Source: Octopus sinensis (lineage: Eukaryota). Taken from it: a DNA stretch of 64,000 bases. A program made the position numbers and the translations under genes. This document shows positions 52,601 to 64,000 of this stretch, one piece after another. Within the stretch, counting starts at the first letter, position 1, and each line of letters begins with the position of its first letter. The notes beneath the pieces are model-generated. The model was not told the origin of the DNA. It was given only the letters and a program-made list of their open reading frames with translations, and did no database searches. The stretch covers positions 18,786,001-18,850,000 of the forward strand of contig NC_043020.1 in the NCBI RefSeq assembly GCF_006345805.1, written 5' to 3'.

Positions 52601-53331
52601 TGTATGTATGTTTGTATGTATGTATGTATGTATGTATGTATGTATGTATGAATATGTATCTGTGTATACATGTTTCCTTTGTAATTTATTTTCAGATTTC
52701 GTTTCTCCTTTGAAGAATTCAAGCCGACCACTCACAAAATGGCAAGGTTCTTTTCTTTAAGACAAGACAGTTCTTGGGCTTTGTAGTTGCCTGATTTAGC
52801 TCATGGGTGCACATATTTGTGCGTGTTGTGCGGCTGTTCACGGGTGTGGTTAAACTTGCACTCCTGGGTGTACCTGTCATAATGGAACACAAGAGTGCAT
52901 TTCATAACTCTGTGTGTGGGTCTCTGTGTGTCTGTGTGTGTGTGTGCGTGTGTATTCTACATGTATATGTAGTTGTATACCTATGTTCACCCAAGCACCT
53001 CAGATAGAGAAACCCTGAAAAGTTTTACAAAGTTACACTCTTCTTCTGATCAATTATATCTGGAAATGCTAATCAGTTTCCTATGTCCATTTTTTGAGAA
53101 CCCAAACATTCCCAGGTTCCTATTCAAATCATTTGTTACATATCCCAGTTCACCAATGGGAAGAGGTTTAAATGAAAACATGTATCCCAAAAATTAGGGC
53201 TGTAGATTTCTCATCAGTTCTCCATAGGTGTTCTCCTTTTCCCCAGTTTTTGAAGAGGTATTCACATTCACTGGGCAGCTGATTACACAATGATGTATGA
53301 CTTTTGCTCCCTGTCCCACGCAACCGTTTCT

Positions 53332-53746
53332 TATTTCTTTATTGTCCACAAGGGGCTAAACGTAGAGGGGACAAACAAGGACAGACAAATGGATTAAGTC
53401 GATTACATCAACCCCAGTGTGTAGCTGGTACTTAATTTATCGACCCTGAAATGATTAAAGGCAAAATCCACTTCGGCGGAATTTGAACTCAGAACGTAAC
53501 GGCAGACGGAATACCTATTTCTTTACTGCCCACAAGGGGCTAAACACAGAGAGGACAAACAAGGACAGACAAACGAATTAAGTCGATTATATCGGCCCCA
53601 GTGCGTAACTGGTACTTATTTCATCGACACCGAAAGTATGAAAGGCAAAGTCAACCTCGGCGGAATTTGAACTGAGAACGTAGCGGCAGACGAAATACCG
53701 CTAAGCATTTCGCCCGGCGTGCTAACGATTCTGCCAGCTCGCCACC
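53332..53746 (-). mobile_element. SINE family B dimer with a 20-bp flanking duplication
   Basis: Full monomer 53512-53746 plus headless monomer 53332-53511; tgtccca(c/t)gcaaccgtttct at 53312-53331 and 53748-53767. Confidence 0.9.
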
Positions 53747-53769
53747 TTGTCCCATGCAACCGTTTCTGG

Positions 53770-54330
53770 CTTGTTGTGCTTGTATCGGGTTGCCATTTTT
53801 ATTGAAATGTTCCAGTATTTTTTTTATTTTTAACAGTGAAGACACTTTTTGGCTCTGGTGTGCCTTTAGTATGACCATCGCGGCAATCCTTCCTGCGTAT
53901 AGCATTATAAACCATCTTGGTGACAATGTTCTACCTCATGAGGGGGTAATATCATAGATATTTTTGGTCATTTATTGATGATATAAACAATATCTTCCAC
54001 ATTGATATAACATAATCGACACTATCAGAGCAGCGAGGTTTTGAGGCATCCTTATCTTTTTTGTTGATCAAGATTTTAGTAGCAATCTCCTGTTCTTGGA
54101 CAGCAAAGAGATACTTTCTAGATGGGTTTTGATATATTTATCACAGATCCAGGTGAGGCTGCTATTCCTCAACATTGCTAGCATTTTCAAACCTACGGAA
54201 CATGTACCTATGCATAACTTTCTGCCTTTGTGATTAATATTTCTTTTCCCAGGCTCTGTTTAAGTTTAAGTCAGTCAGTCCAACCATCTTTGGTTTATAT
54301 GGAAACATCGGTGTCCCTAGAGTACTTCTT
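53770..54330 (-). pseudogene. Degenerate RLE-type LINE fragment (post-RT/zinc-knuckle region)
   Basis: WEKK..VMHRY, KYLFAVQEQEIATKILINKK, VTKMVYNAIRRK. Confidence 0.7.
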
Positions 54331-54538
54331 CATATGTTCTTCACCTTTATTACCTATGCATATATGTTTTCTTCCTTTTTTTAATTTAGAATAAATTTTA
54401 ACCGTTCACCTACCTGGTAGTAAGGTTGTGAAGGAAACCATCTTTGTTTATAATTCTATATTTAAGAGATGAGGAATTATGTTCATTATTTACATTATTT
54501 ACATTTGACGGATATTTGTCCTCATCTGGTTTGTTGTT

Positions 54539-54584
54539 AATACAACGTTTCGGCTGATATACCGTCCAGGCTTCATCAGGTGTC
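54539..54584 (-). ncRNA. Minimal PLE-type hammerhead, slightly degenerate
   Basis: RC GACAC-CTGATGA-a-GCCTG-gacggtatat-CAGCC-GAAA-CG-TT-GTATT; one mismatch each in helix I and helix II. Confidence 0.6.
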
Positions 54585-54614
54585 TTGGGGAAATTATTAT
54601 TATTATTATTATCA

Positions 54615-54684
<70 letters not shown>

Positions 54685-54686
<2 letters not shown>

Positions 54687-55550
54687 GTTTGACTTTTGCT
54701 TTACATTTGCACAAGCTGGCTCCAAGTTTCACCCAGAGACCTCAAGAGACAACAAGTTGGAAGTTCATGTTGGTGTTATGCCTAGGGTGCCATATATTTG
54801 GTTTTTACTTAGTGTTGTACAAAAATCATGTTTGTTTTAAACTTGAGATTACAAAGAAAGTATTTTGCGTAGGATATGAATTTCTGCCATTTTGGGGTTT
54901 CCTGGTATTTGAGTTAGGTAGCAATCAGCCCCTTTTGCTATCATTCCCAGGGCACCTATGACAACAGGTATTGTTTTAGTCTGCAGTTTCCACATTTTGC
55001 TGATTTCTATTTCCAGATCTTTATATTTGCTCAATTTTTGGTAGGTCTTGACATATACGTTTATATCGATTGGGACAGTCATATCAATGAGGGGGCATGT
55101 TTTTTGTGAGAAGTCTTTTACTATGATGTCTGGCCTATTCGCGTCTATCTTTCTGTCAGTTCCAGAGGAGTGAGATGTGGTCATTTTCAAGCACTAGAAG
55201 TGGTTTGTGTTCCCACCAGTTTTTATCATGGGGCAAGTCCAGGCTTCTGCAAATTACCCAGGGAATATATTGTGCAGCTCTATCATGCCTGTTGAGATAC
55301 TCTGTAGGCGCAAGAAGACTGCACTTGGAGACAACATGATCAATGGTTTCATTTTGTTGTTGACATACACGACATGACGGGCTACTGCCGTTCTTTAATA
55401 TGTTGGCCTGGTAGTTCCTTGTAGGTAGGCATTGATTTTGAGCTGCTATGATAAACCCTTCTGTTTCAGATTTTAAGCCAGAGGCCATTAGCCATTGTTG
55501 GTTCAGGGCTTTGTCAACATCTGCATTATTCACTCTCTCTGGGTATTTGC

Positions 55551-55553
<3 letters not shown>
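54685..55553 (-). mobile_element. R4/Dong-like LINE, 5'-truncated, with 3'UTR and (TAA)n tail
   Basis: GKYPERV..QQWLMASGLKSETEGFIIAAQ, CRVCQQQNETIDHVVSKC, RHDRAAQY, NRPDIIVKD..LIDMTVP, KYKDLEIEISKMW, IPVVIGALG. Confidence 0.92.
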
Positions 55554-55596
<43 letters not shown>

Positions 55597-55672
55597 GTCA
55601 TCGTCATCAACATCATCATCATCATCATCATCATCCTCCTCATCATCATCATCATCCTCATCATCATCATCC

Positions 55673-55703
<31 letters not shown>

Positions 55704-55824
55704 CATCATCATCCTCATCATCATAATCATCATTATCATCATCATCATCATCGTCATCGTTATCGTCATCATCATCATCATCATCATCATTATTATTATT
55801 ATTATTATCATTATTATTATTATT

Positions 55825-56296
55825 GAGTGAGAGAGCAGTGCATGCCATCAAAGTGACACTGGGGTAAAATATACGAAGCCCAGTATACCCATCATGACTA
55901 CCCGTCTGATAAGGGTACACCAGGCATATGCATCACAACCATATGTGCGCGACATGGTGATCTCATATCAAGATAAACAGCACATGACCTTGCAGGTGGG
56001 GCCCAGTTAGAATTTTCTTCTAGTCGAGTAGCCCATCCCACTCAAAAGGTACCTGAATAAGGTTGTTTAAGGATGTTGAACAAAACACCATGTTTCCAGA
56101 AGTGAATTATTCAAACCCTAAAGTATCCCTATCAATACATGGCTATGATGCTCCCCCACTATTTCTGCTCATGAGCAGAGATGCACATATTGTCAGCCAC
56201 TAAGGGACATGCTCAACTGGTTAAGGTCAAACAACTAACAAGCAAACCTGTGGTATTGAGCAGAATATTTGCTGTAGCCCATTTTTTATACCAAGA
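55825..56296 (-). mobile_element. Family C, copy 3 (5'-truncated)
   Basis: Collinear with copy 1; stops at ataccaaga. Confidence 0.85.
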
Positions 56297-56327
56297 TTAT
56301 TATTATTATTTATTATTATCATTATCA

Positions 56328-56364
<37 letters not shown>

Positions 56365-56467
56365 CATCATCATCATCATCATCATCATCCTCATCATCAT
56401 CATCATCATCATCATCACCATCCTCCTCCTCCTCTCATCATCATCATCATCCTCATCATCATCATCC

Positions 56468-56498
<31 letters not shown>

Positions 56499-56618
56499 CA
56501 TCATCATCCTCATCATCATAATCATCATTATCATCATCATCATCATCGTCATCGTTATCGTCATCATCATCATCATCATCATCATATTATTATTATTATT
56601 ATCATTATTATTATTATT

Positions 56619-57092
56619 GAGTGAGAGAGCAGTGCATGCCATCAAAGTGACACTGGGGTAAAATATACGAAGCCCAGTATACCCATCATGACTACCCGTC
56701 TGATAAGGGTACACCAGGCATATGCATCACAACCATATGTGCGCGACATGGTGATCTCATATCAAGATAAACAGCACATGACCTTGCAGGTGGGGCCCAG
56801 TTAGAATTTTCTTCTAGTCGAGTAGCCCATCCCACTCAAAAGGTACCTGAATAAGGGTTGTTTAAGGATGTTGAACAAAACACCCATGTTTCCAGAAGTG
56901 AATTATTCAAACCCTAAAGTATCCCTATCAATACATGGCTATGATGCTCCCCCACTATTTCTGCTCATGAGCAGAGATGCACATATTGTCAGCCACTAAG
57001 GGACATGCTCAACTGGTTAAGGTCAAACAACTAACAAGCAAACCTGTGGTATTGAGCAGAATATTTGCTGTAGCCCATTTTTTATACCAAGA
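56619..57092 (-). mobile_element. Family C, copy 4 (tandem duplicate of copy 3)
   Basis: Same private variants and same truncation point as copy 3. Confidence 0.85.
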
Positions 57093-57983
<891 letters not shown>

Positions 57984-58004
57984 TCACTGCTTAACACCAA
58001 CTTG

Positions 58005-58540
58005 ACCTTCTAACTAATCTCTTGAGGTCTGTGGGACTTGGAGTCAGCTTGTGAAAATACAAAGCAAAAATCAGACCATTAACATGTCTCAATACCACCT
58101 AAATCCAAAGAACTACAGACCAAGAACATATCTCAACACCACCTACAAGATCCTTACATCCATATTAACTGACAGAATATATGCTTTCCTTGAAGAGAGG
58201 TCTATTCTCCCACAAGCTCAAAAAGATTGCAAAGATCAATTACTCATGAGTAAAATGATTGTAGAGAATTTCCGGAGTAAAAAGAACCTGAATGTGGTAT
58301 AGATAGACTGCAGGAAAGCGGTTGATAGTGTCCCACATAATTGGATACTCAAGGCCCTTGAGATATACAAGACCTCTCCTGTCGTCTCCAGATTCTCACA
58401 AGGTAGCATGGCCAAGTGGAACACACGTCTCCTTCTAAACCATAGTAATTGGATGAGCCAAACTAACAACATCAAAATCAAACGAGACATCTTTCAAAGC
58501 ATCTTCGCCAAGAAAATTACAAATATCTGGGAATAAACGA
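58005..58540 (+). mobile_element. Dong-like 3'UTR stub followed by a Dong-like RT fragment
   Basis: 58005-58082 is homologous to the 3'UTR at 54685-54785; then KNYRP..LNTTYKILTSI, CKDQLLMSK, DCRKAVDSVPHNWI. Confidence 0.85.
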
Positions 58541-58631
58541 AGGAGATGGTATACAATATACTACTACGAAGGGGAAAATAAGAGACGACTAGCTTGGAAG
58601 GGTTCATATTGACGGAACAATTAGATTGGAA

Positions 58632-58990
58632 TTCATCATCATCATCGAGATCCCTTAACTGATGCAGCCAGTCAGTGGGCTGCCACTTTAGATGCTTTCA
58701 TAGCCATTGTTACACGTCTCTGTTCTCGGACATGCGTAGCAGGGTCCCTGTGTAGCGAGCTGACCAGTCCTTGATGTTGTCAAACCAGGATTTTCTCTGA
58801 CTACCTTTTTTGTCGTCCTCCCTCAACTGTGCCTTCAAGAATGGTTTTGGGCAGGAAGTTGTGACATGATACATGACAGCCATTATGCAAGCTTTCATCT
58901 TTTTACCTGCACAGGAAGTGGTTCCTGTCTGCCAGCGTATTTGTTGACATGCTGCCTGACGAAGCTGTTCGTTTTGTGCAGGATGTATAA
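58632..58990 (-). mobile_element. RTE-clade LINE 3' end
   Basis: KKGSQRKSWFDNIKDWS..LLRMSENR C-terminus and a (GAT)n tail at 58633-58646. Confidence 0.7.
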
Positions 58991-59190
58991 CAGCTCTCTG
59001 AACTGGAATTAATAAAAGTAAATACACGATGGGTTTGAGTGACGAAGATAACTGAATGGGCCATTTCCCTTCTAAAAATTTTGTATGAGAAATAGTTTAC
59101 AAGTCCTTTTTTGGTGGGGGCATGGTCAAGCGTTATCATTTAATATTTCTCCTGACCAATTTTATGTAAAGTTACTACTGAGATACTCTC

Positions 59191-59565
59191 TCTCTTTTAC
59201 CCATTTACTTGTTTCAGTCATTTGACTGCGGTCATGCTGGAGCACCGCCTTTAGTCGAGCAAATCGACCCCGGGACTTATTCTTTGTAAGCCTAGTACTT
59301 ATTCTATCGTATTCTTTTGCCGAACCGCTAAGTTACAGGGACATGAACACACCAGCATCGGTTGTCAAGCAATGTTGGGAGGACACACACAGACACACAC
59401 GACAGGCTTCTTTCAGTTTCCGTATACCAAATCCACTCACAAGGCTTTGGTCCGCCCGAGGCTATAGTAGAAGGCACTCGCCCATGGTGCCACGCAGTGG
59501 GACTGAACCCGGAAACATGTGGTTGGTAAGCAAGCTACTTACCACACAGCCACTCCTGCGCCTAT
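59191..59565 (-). mobile_element. SINE family A, full length
   Basis: Reverse complement collinear with 4322-4740. Confidence 0.9.
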
Positions 59566-60040
59566 ATGTATTGGTATATTAGGAAATAGTAATAACTGCG
59601 GAGAGTAGTTTTAGAAGGGAGATGTTTTCTATTCACTTTGTGAAACATTACAGCAACTGGGGCGTCCAGAAATCTACAACCGTGACCGCCTTCTGTCTAT
59701 GGGTTATCAAGGTGCCTCATAAGCAGCTATCAAATACGGTAATCAATTATGGCATTGGGAGTATCGATCAATGTGATTGATAATGACCTTGGGTCATTAT
59801 GACAAATCAATGCAATTGCTAATGACCTTGTGTCATTGTTAGAGATCAATATAATCGATAGAGATCCTGTCACTATGTGAGAAATCAGAATAATCGATAA
59901 TGAACAAGTGTTATTGTTAAAGATCGATATAATGGAGAGTGAAATTGCGTCTACGTTAGAGACTGTGATTGTTGTTGTTGCTGTTGTTGTTGTTGTTGTT
60001 GTTCTTCTTCTTCTTCTTCTTCTTCATCTTATTATTATTA

Positions 60041-60081
<41 letters not shown>

Positions 60082-60254
60082 TGTTGTTGTTGTTGTTGTT
60101 GTTATTGCTATTATTATCATTATTATTATCATTATTATTATTATTGTTGTTGTTGTTGTTGTTATTGCTATTATTATCATTATTATTATCATTATTATTA
60201 TTATTGTTGTTGTTGTTGTTGTTGTTGTTGTCGTTGTGGTTATTATTATTATTA

Positions 60255-60415
60255 TTGACTCGATGCCGAGCAAATTCTTAGCTATGTCGTCCATCTTCGC
60301 GTTCTGAGTTCAAATTCTGTCGGAGTCGATAAATTAAGTACCAGGCAAGTACTGGGGGTTTATGTGATGGACTATCCCACGCCGCTCAAATTACAAGCCT
60401 TGTGCCTATAGTAGA
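60255..60415 (+). mobile_element. SINE family B, diverged copy
   Basis: ttctgagttcaaattctg...gtcgataaattaagtacc...ccttgtgcctatagtagaaa. Confidence 0.7.
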
Positions 60416-60461
60416 AATAATAATAATAATAATAAAAACGATAATAATAATAATAATAATA

Positions 60462-60507
<46 letters not shown>

Positions 60508-60523
60508 TATTATTATTATTATA

Positions 60524-61810
60524 ATGTTTGAACCTCGCAAACAAACTTGTTAAACGAAACCACCATGGATGATAGGTGCTATGGACAAAAAATAAACCAT
60601 CTCTTGTACATGGATGACCTAAAACTTTTCCCTAAGAGCGCCATGGAACAGAGAAAACTTATAAAAATTGTCCAGTGTCAGCAATGACATCGGAATGAGC
60701 ATGGGGCTGGACAAATGTGCCGGAGTCACAATGAGAAGAGGCAAATTATTCAGCATTAAAAACACTGCACTTGACATAGACACAGAAATTAGAGAATTGA
60801 ACCACAGCCGCCCATACAAATAGCTAGGGATAGAAGAAACAGCTAAAATACAACACACTGAAATGAAAGAGAAAATTAGGAGAGAGTATTACAAAGAAAT
60901 TTCAGTGTTTAATATTAGGCTAACTCTTCTGACTTAGACTAATATTAAACACTGAACTTAATGCTAAAAATGAGATAATAAAGATAAACACGCTAGCCAT
61001 ACCAGTCATGAATTATAGATTTAACATCATAAGCTGGAAGGTCAGCAAAGTGAGAAACCTAGATAGAAAAAACAGAAAGCTGCCGAAGTCACCACCCGAA
61101 AGCAGACGCAGACAGAATACATCAGACCCGTTCAGAAGGAGGCCGTGGCCTGACATAGATAGAAAGCTACTATAAAATAACAACAGTTGGACTAGCAAAG
61201 TACTTAGAAACAAAGAGTGAGAGACTGCTGTATGTTGTAAAACAACACGAGAAAAAGGAAACGCTTTTCTCTATACACAAGGAGGCGACAAAATACAAAC
61301 CAGAAACAAATAAAAACTCACACACTGATCTCAGACGACAATATAGCAGAAATGGTCAAAGTGACAAAAAACAACATGAAAATTGAATTACAAAATATAC
61401 CGAAGAAGAAATGGAGAGAAAAATCACTTCATGGCCAATACTCTGCAAGGCTTGACAGAGAGGAAGTGAGCATAACTAAAAGCCAACAATGGCTCAAAAC
61501 CTTTACACTAACGGCCGAAATACAAGGACTGATTCTCGCTGCACAAGACCAATGACTTGAAGCAATTACAAAAGCAAAATAATGAAAACAGTCCTCAACA
61601 CCGAATGCAGAATGTTCAACCAGCACAATGAAGGAATTGACCAGATTATCTCGGGTTACCCAGTCCTTGCCAACTCTGATGTATATACAAACACGGCAAA
61701 GTAAACAGTTATATCCACTGAACAATATGCCAACGATACAGTATCCAAACTGACAACAGGGGTTATAAGCATGTGCCAAGCAAGGTACAAGACAACGACC
61801 AGGCCACGGG
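60524..61810 (+). mobile_element. R4/Dong-like LINE fragment, RT to zinc knuckle
   Basis: INHLLYMDDLKLF, GLDKCA, KINTLAIPV, EGGRGL, KSLHGQY, QQWLK..AEIQGLILAAQDQ; starts at an AAT/ATT array. Confidence 0.88.
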
Positions 61811-62105
61811 TGATGTGGGTCGTTTGTTCCTACATATGCCCAAGGCATTTTTGTACTTTGCTCTCAGGAGCATTTTCCACCAGCCAAGACTTGACTCCGA
61901 TGCAACGGTATGTGACCGTGCATCTTGCGATATTTTCTATCACGTCAGGGGGGGGGAGGTGAGCTATCCTTCTCCCATTTCTTTTTACAATTTTTTGTTG
62001 CAAATTTTAATTCTTCTTCATCTATGTGGAAGCATTCCATATATCTCTCCGCTGGCGCAAAAGACGCAGAGGTGATATTTTCATTTTTATGTTTTATTTC
62101 TTTCG

Positions 62106-62163
<58 letters not shown>

Positions 62164-62605
62164 GCTGCTGCTGCTGTTAATGGTGATGTTCTCTTTGTCG
62201 ACACCGAAAGTTTTGACGTTGCTTAGAGAAGAAACATTTTTCGCCTCGGTGACGTCACTAAGTTTAGGTCATTCGATGTTGATATTCTCAATTCTTTCCT
62301 TGTTCCCGAAATTTCTCGACAAGGAGCACGGTCGTTTGTCGAATATTATGATGGTTTCTTTATCAGCCATTAAATAAAAAAATTACAGAAAATTGCAAAA
62401 TATTTGTTTTTGGTTAAAGCAGTTAAAATTCAAAAATTGTTTATGCCCACTACTTGCAAAACAGAGTGCATTTCTACACAAAAATACTATCTACACAATC
62501 TAGACAATCTCTGAAAGGTAATGGTAACAACAGAAATGAAAAGATTACAAGCACTTTTTCAACTTACGGAACACCAAATTTCTGTGACTTCAAAGTATGG
62601 CAGCC

Positions 62606-62655
<50 letters not shown>

Positions 62656-62657
62656 TA

Positions 62658-62689
<32 letters not shown>

Positions 62690-62707
62690 TATAATAATAA
62701 TAATAAT

Positions 62708-62773
<66 letters not shown>

Positions 62774-62774
<1 letters not shown>

Positions 62775-63327
62775 CCCTGATGCAGTACCAGGCAGTGGCT
62801 CTCATGGCTTCTGATCTTAACTGATTGGAAGTGTTATCATGTACATTGTTTTGTCTTGGTATAAAAGATGGGCTACAGCAAATATTCTGCTCAATACCAC
62901 AGATTAGCTTGTCAGTTGTTTGACCGTAACCAGTTGACCATGTCCCTTAGTGGCTGACGATATGTGCATCTCTGATCACGAGCAGAAGTAGTGGGGGAGC
63001 ATCATAGCCATGTGTTGAGAGGGATTCTTTGGGGTTTAAATAATTCACCTCTGGAAACATGGGTGGTTCTTTCAACATCCTTAAACAACCCTTATTCAGG
63101 GACCTTTTGAGCGGGATGGGCTACTCAACCTGAAGACATTTCTAACTGGGTCCCACCTGCAAGGTCATGTGCTGTTTATCTTGATATGAGATCACCATGT
63201 CGCGCACATATGGTTGTGATGCATGTGCGTGGTGTACCCTTATCAGACGGGTAGTCATGATGGGTATATTGGGCTTCGTATATTTTACCCCAGTGTCACT
63301 TTGATGGCATGAACTGCTCTCTCACTC
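62774..63327 (+). mobile_element. Family C, copy 5 (full length)
   Basis: (AAT)n-gccctgatgcagtacc...gaactgctctctcactc-(AAT)n. Confidence 0.88.
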
Positions 63328-63353
63328 AATAATAATAATAGTAGTAGTAGTAG

Positions 63354-63418
<65 letters not shown>

Positions 63419-63439
63419 GTAGTAGTAGTAGTAGTAGTA

Positions 63440-63500
<61 letters not shown>

Positions 63501-64000
63501 GGATGATGACGAAGACAGTGATGAAGCTGAGGGTTGATAATGATGCTGATAATGATGGTGACGCCAATGGTAGTAGTGGTGGTTGTGATGGCGAGAATGA
63601 TAGTAAAGACCCTGACGACGACGATAATGGTAGTAGCGGGTATGGTGGTGGTTGTTGGGGAGGAGAAGGAGGAGGAGGAAGTAGGGGACGAAATGCAGGA
63701 GGAGAACGAGATGGAGTATATTGAAGTTCGGGACGATGCTTTTTATTTCTGCTAGACACAGCTTACGTGTGCCGCAGAAACACGGTGACAAACACATAAA
63801 CACATGTCAGCACATATTACTGTACCTCAAACTGTACAGTCGTTGTCTTCCTTTCGTATAACACCAACACTACTGCCCCACACCTGTATCATCTGCTGTT
63901 TGTTATGTTAACAGCCGTAATCCTTTATGTAATCCGTAGCAGCAAATAAAACAGCATTAATCCGACCGATTAATTCTGTAACTCTGTTTTATGATTCATG

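Overview
Animal nuclear DNA, very AT-rich and saturated with microsatellites ((TA)n, (CA)n, (TATC)n, (TATG)n, (CT)n, (ATT/ATC)n). The SINE and LINE families resemble those of Octopus (inference, not verified). I found no host protein-coding exon, rRNA, true tRNA gene or CRISPR array, and nearly all ORF-track entries are translated microsatellites. The window holds: four tRNA-headed SINE families; at least six fragments of RLE-type R4/Dong-like non-LTR retrotransposons, several embedded in (TAA)n; fragments of Tx1/L1, RTE, Penelope-like (PLE), mariner, maT-like and Gypsy elements; Helitron/Helentron-like elements; MITE-like fold-backs; and one 100-N gap. Two things stand out. (1) Ten type I hammerhead-ribozyme motifs, four with all helices formable, mostly inside short non-coding fold-back or partial-tandem elements. 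The best is a near-perfect 404-bp palindrome carrying two divergent hammerheads (47197-47600). (2) A ~554-bp non-coding element present five times, always inside (AAT)n arrays and co-oriented with neighbouring Dong-like LINEs, a candidate microsatellite-targeted non-autonomous retroposon. All alignments and folds were done by eye.
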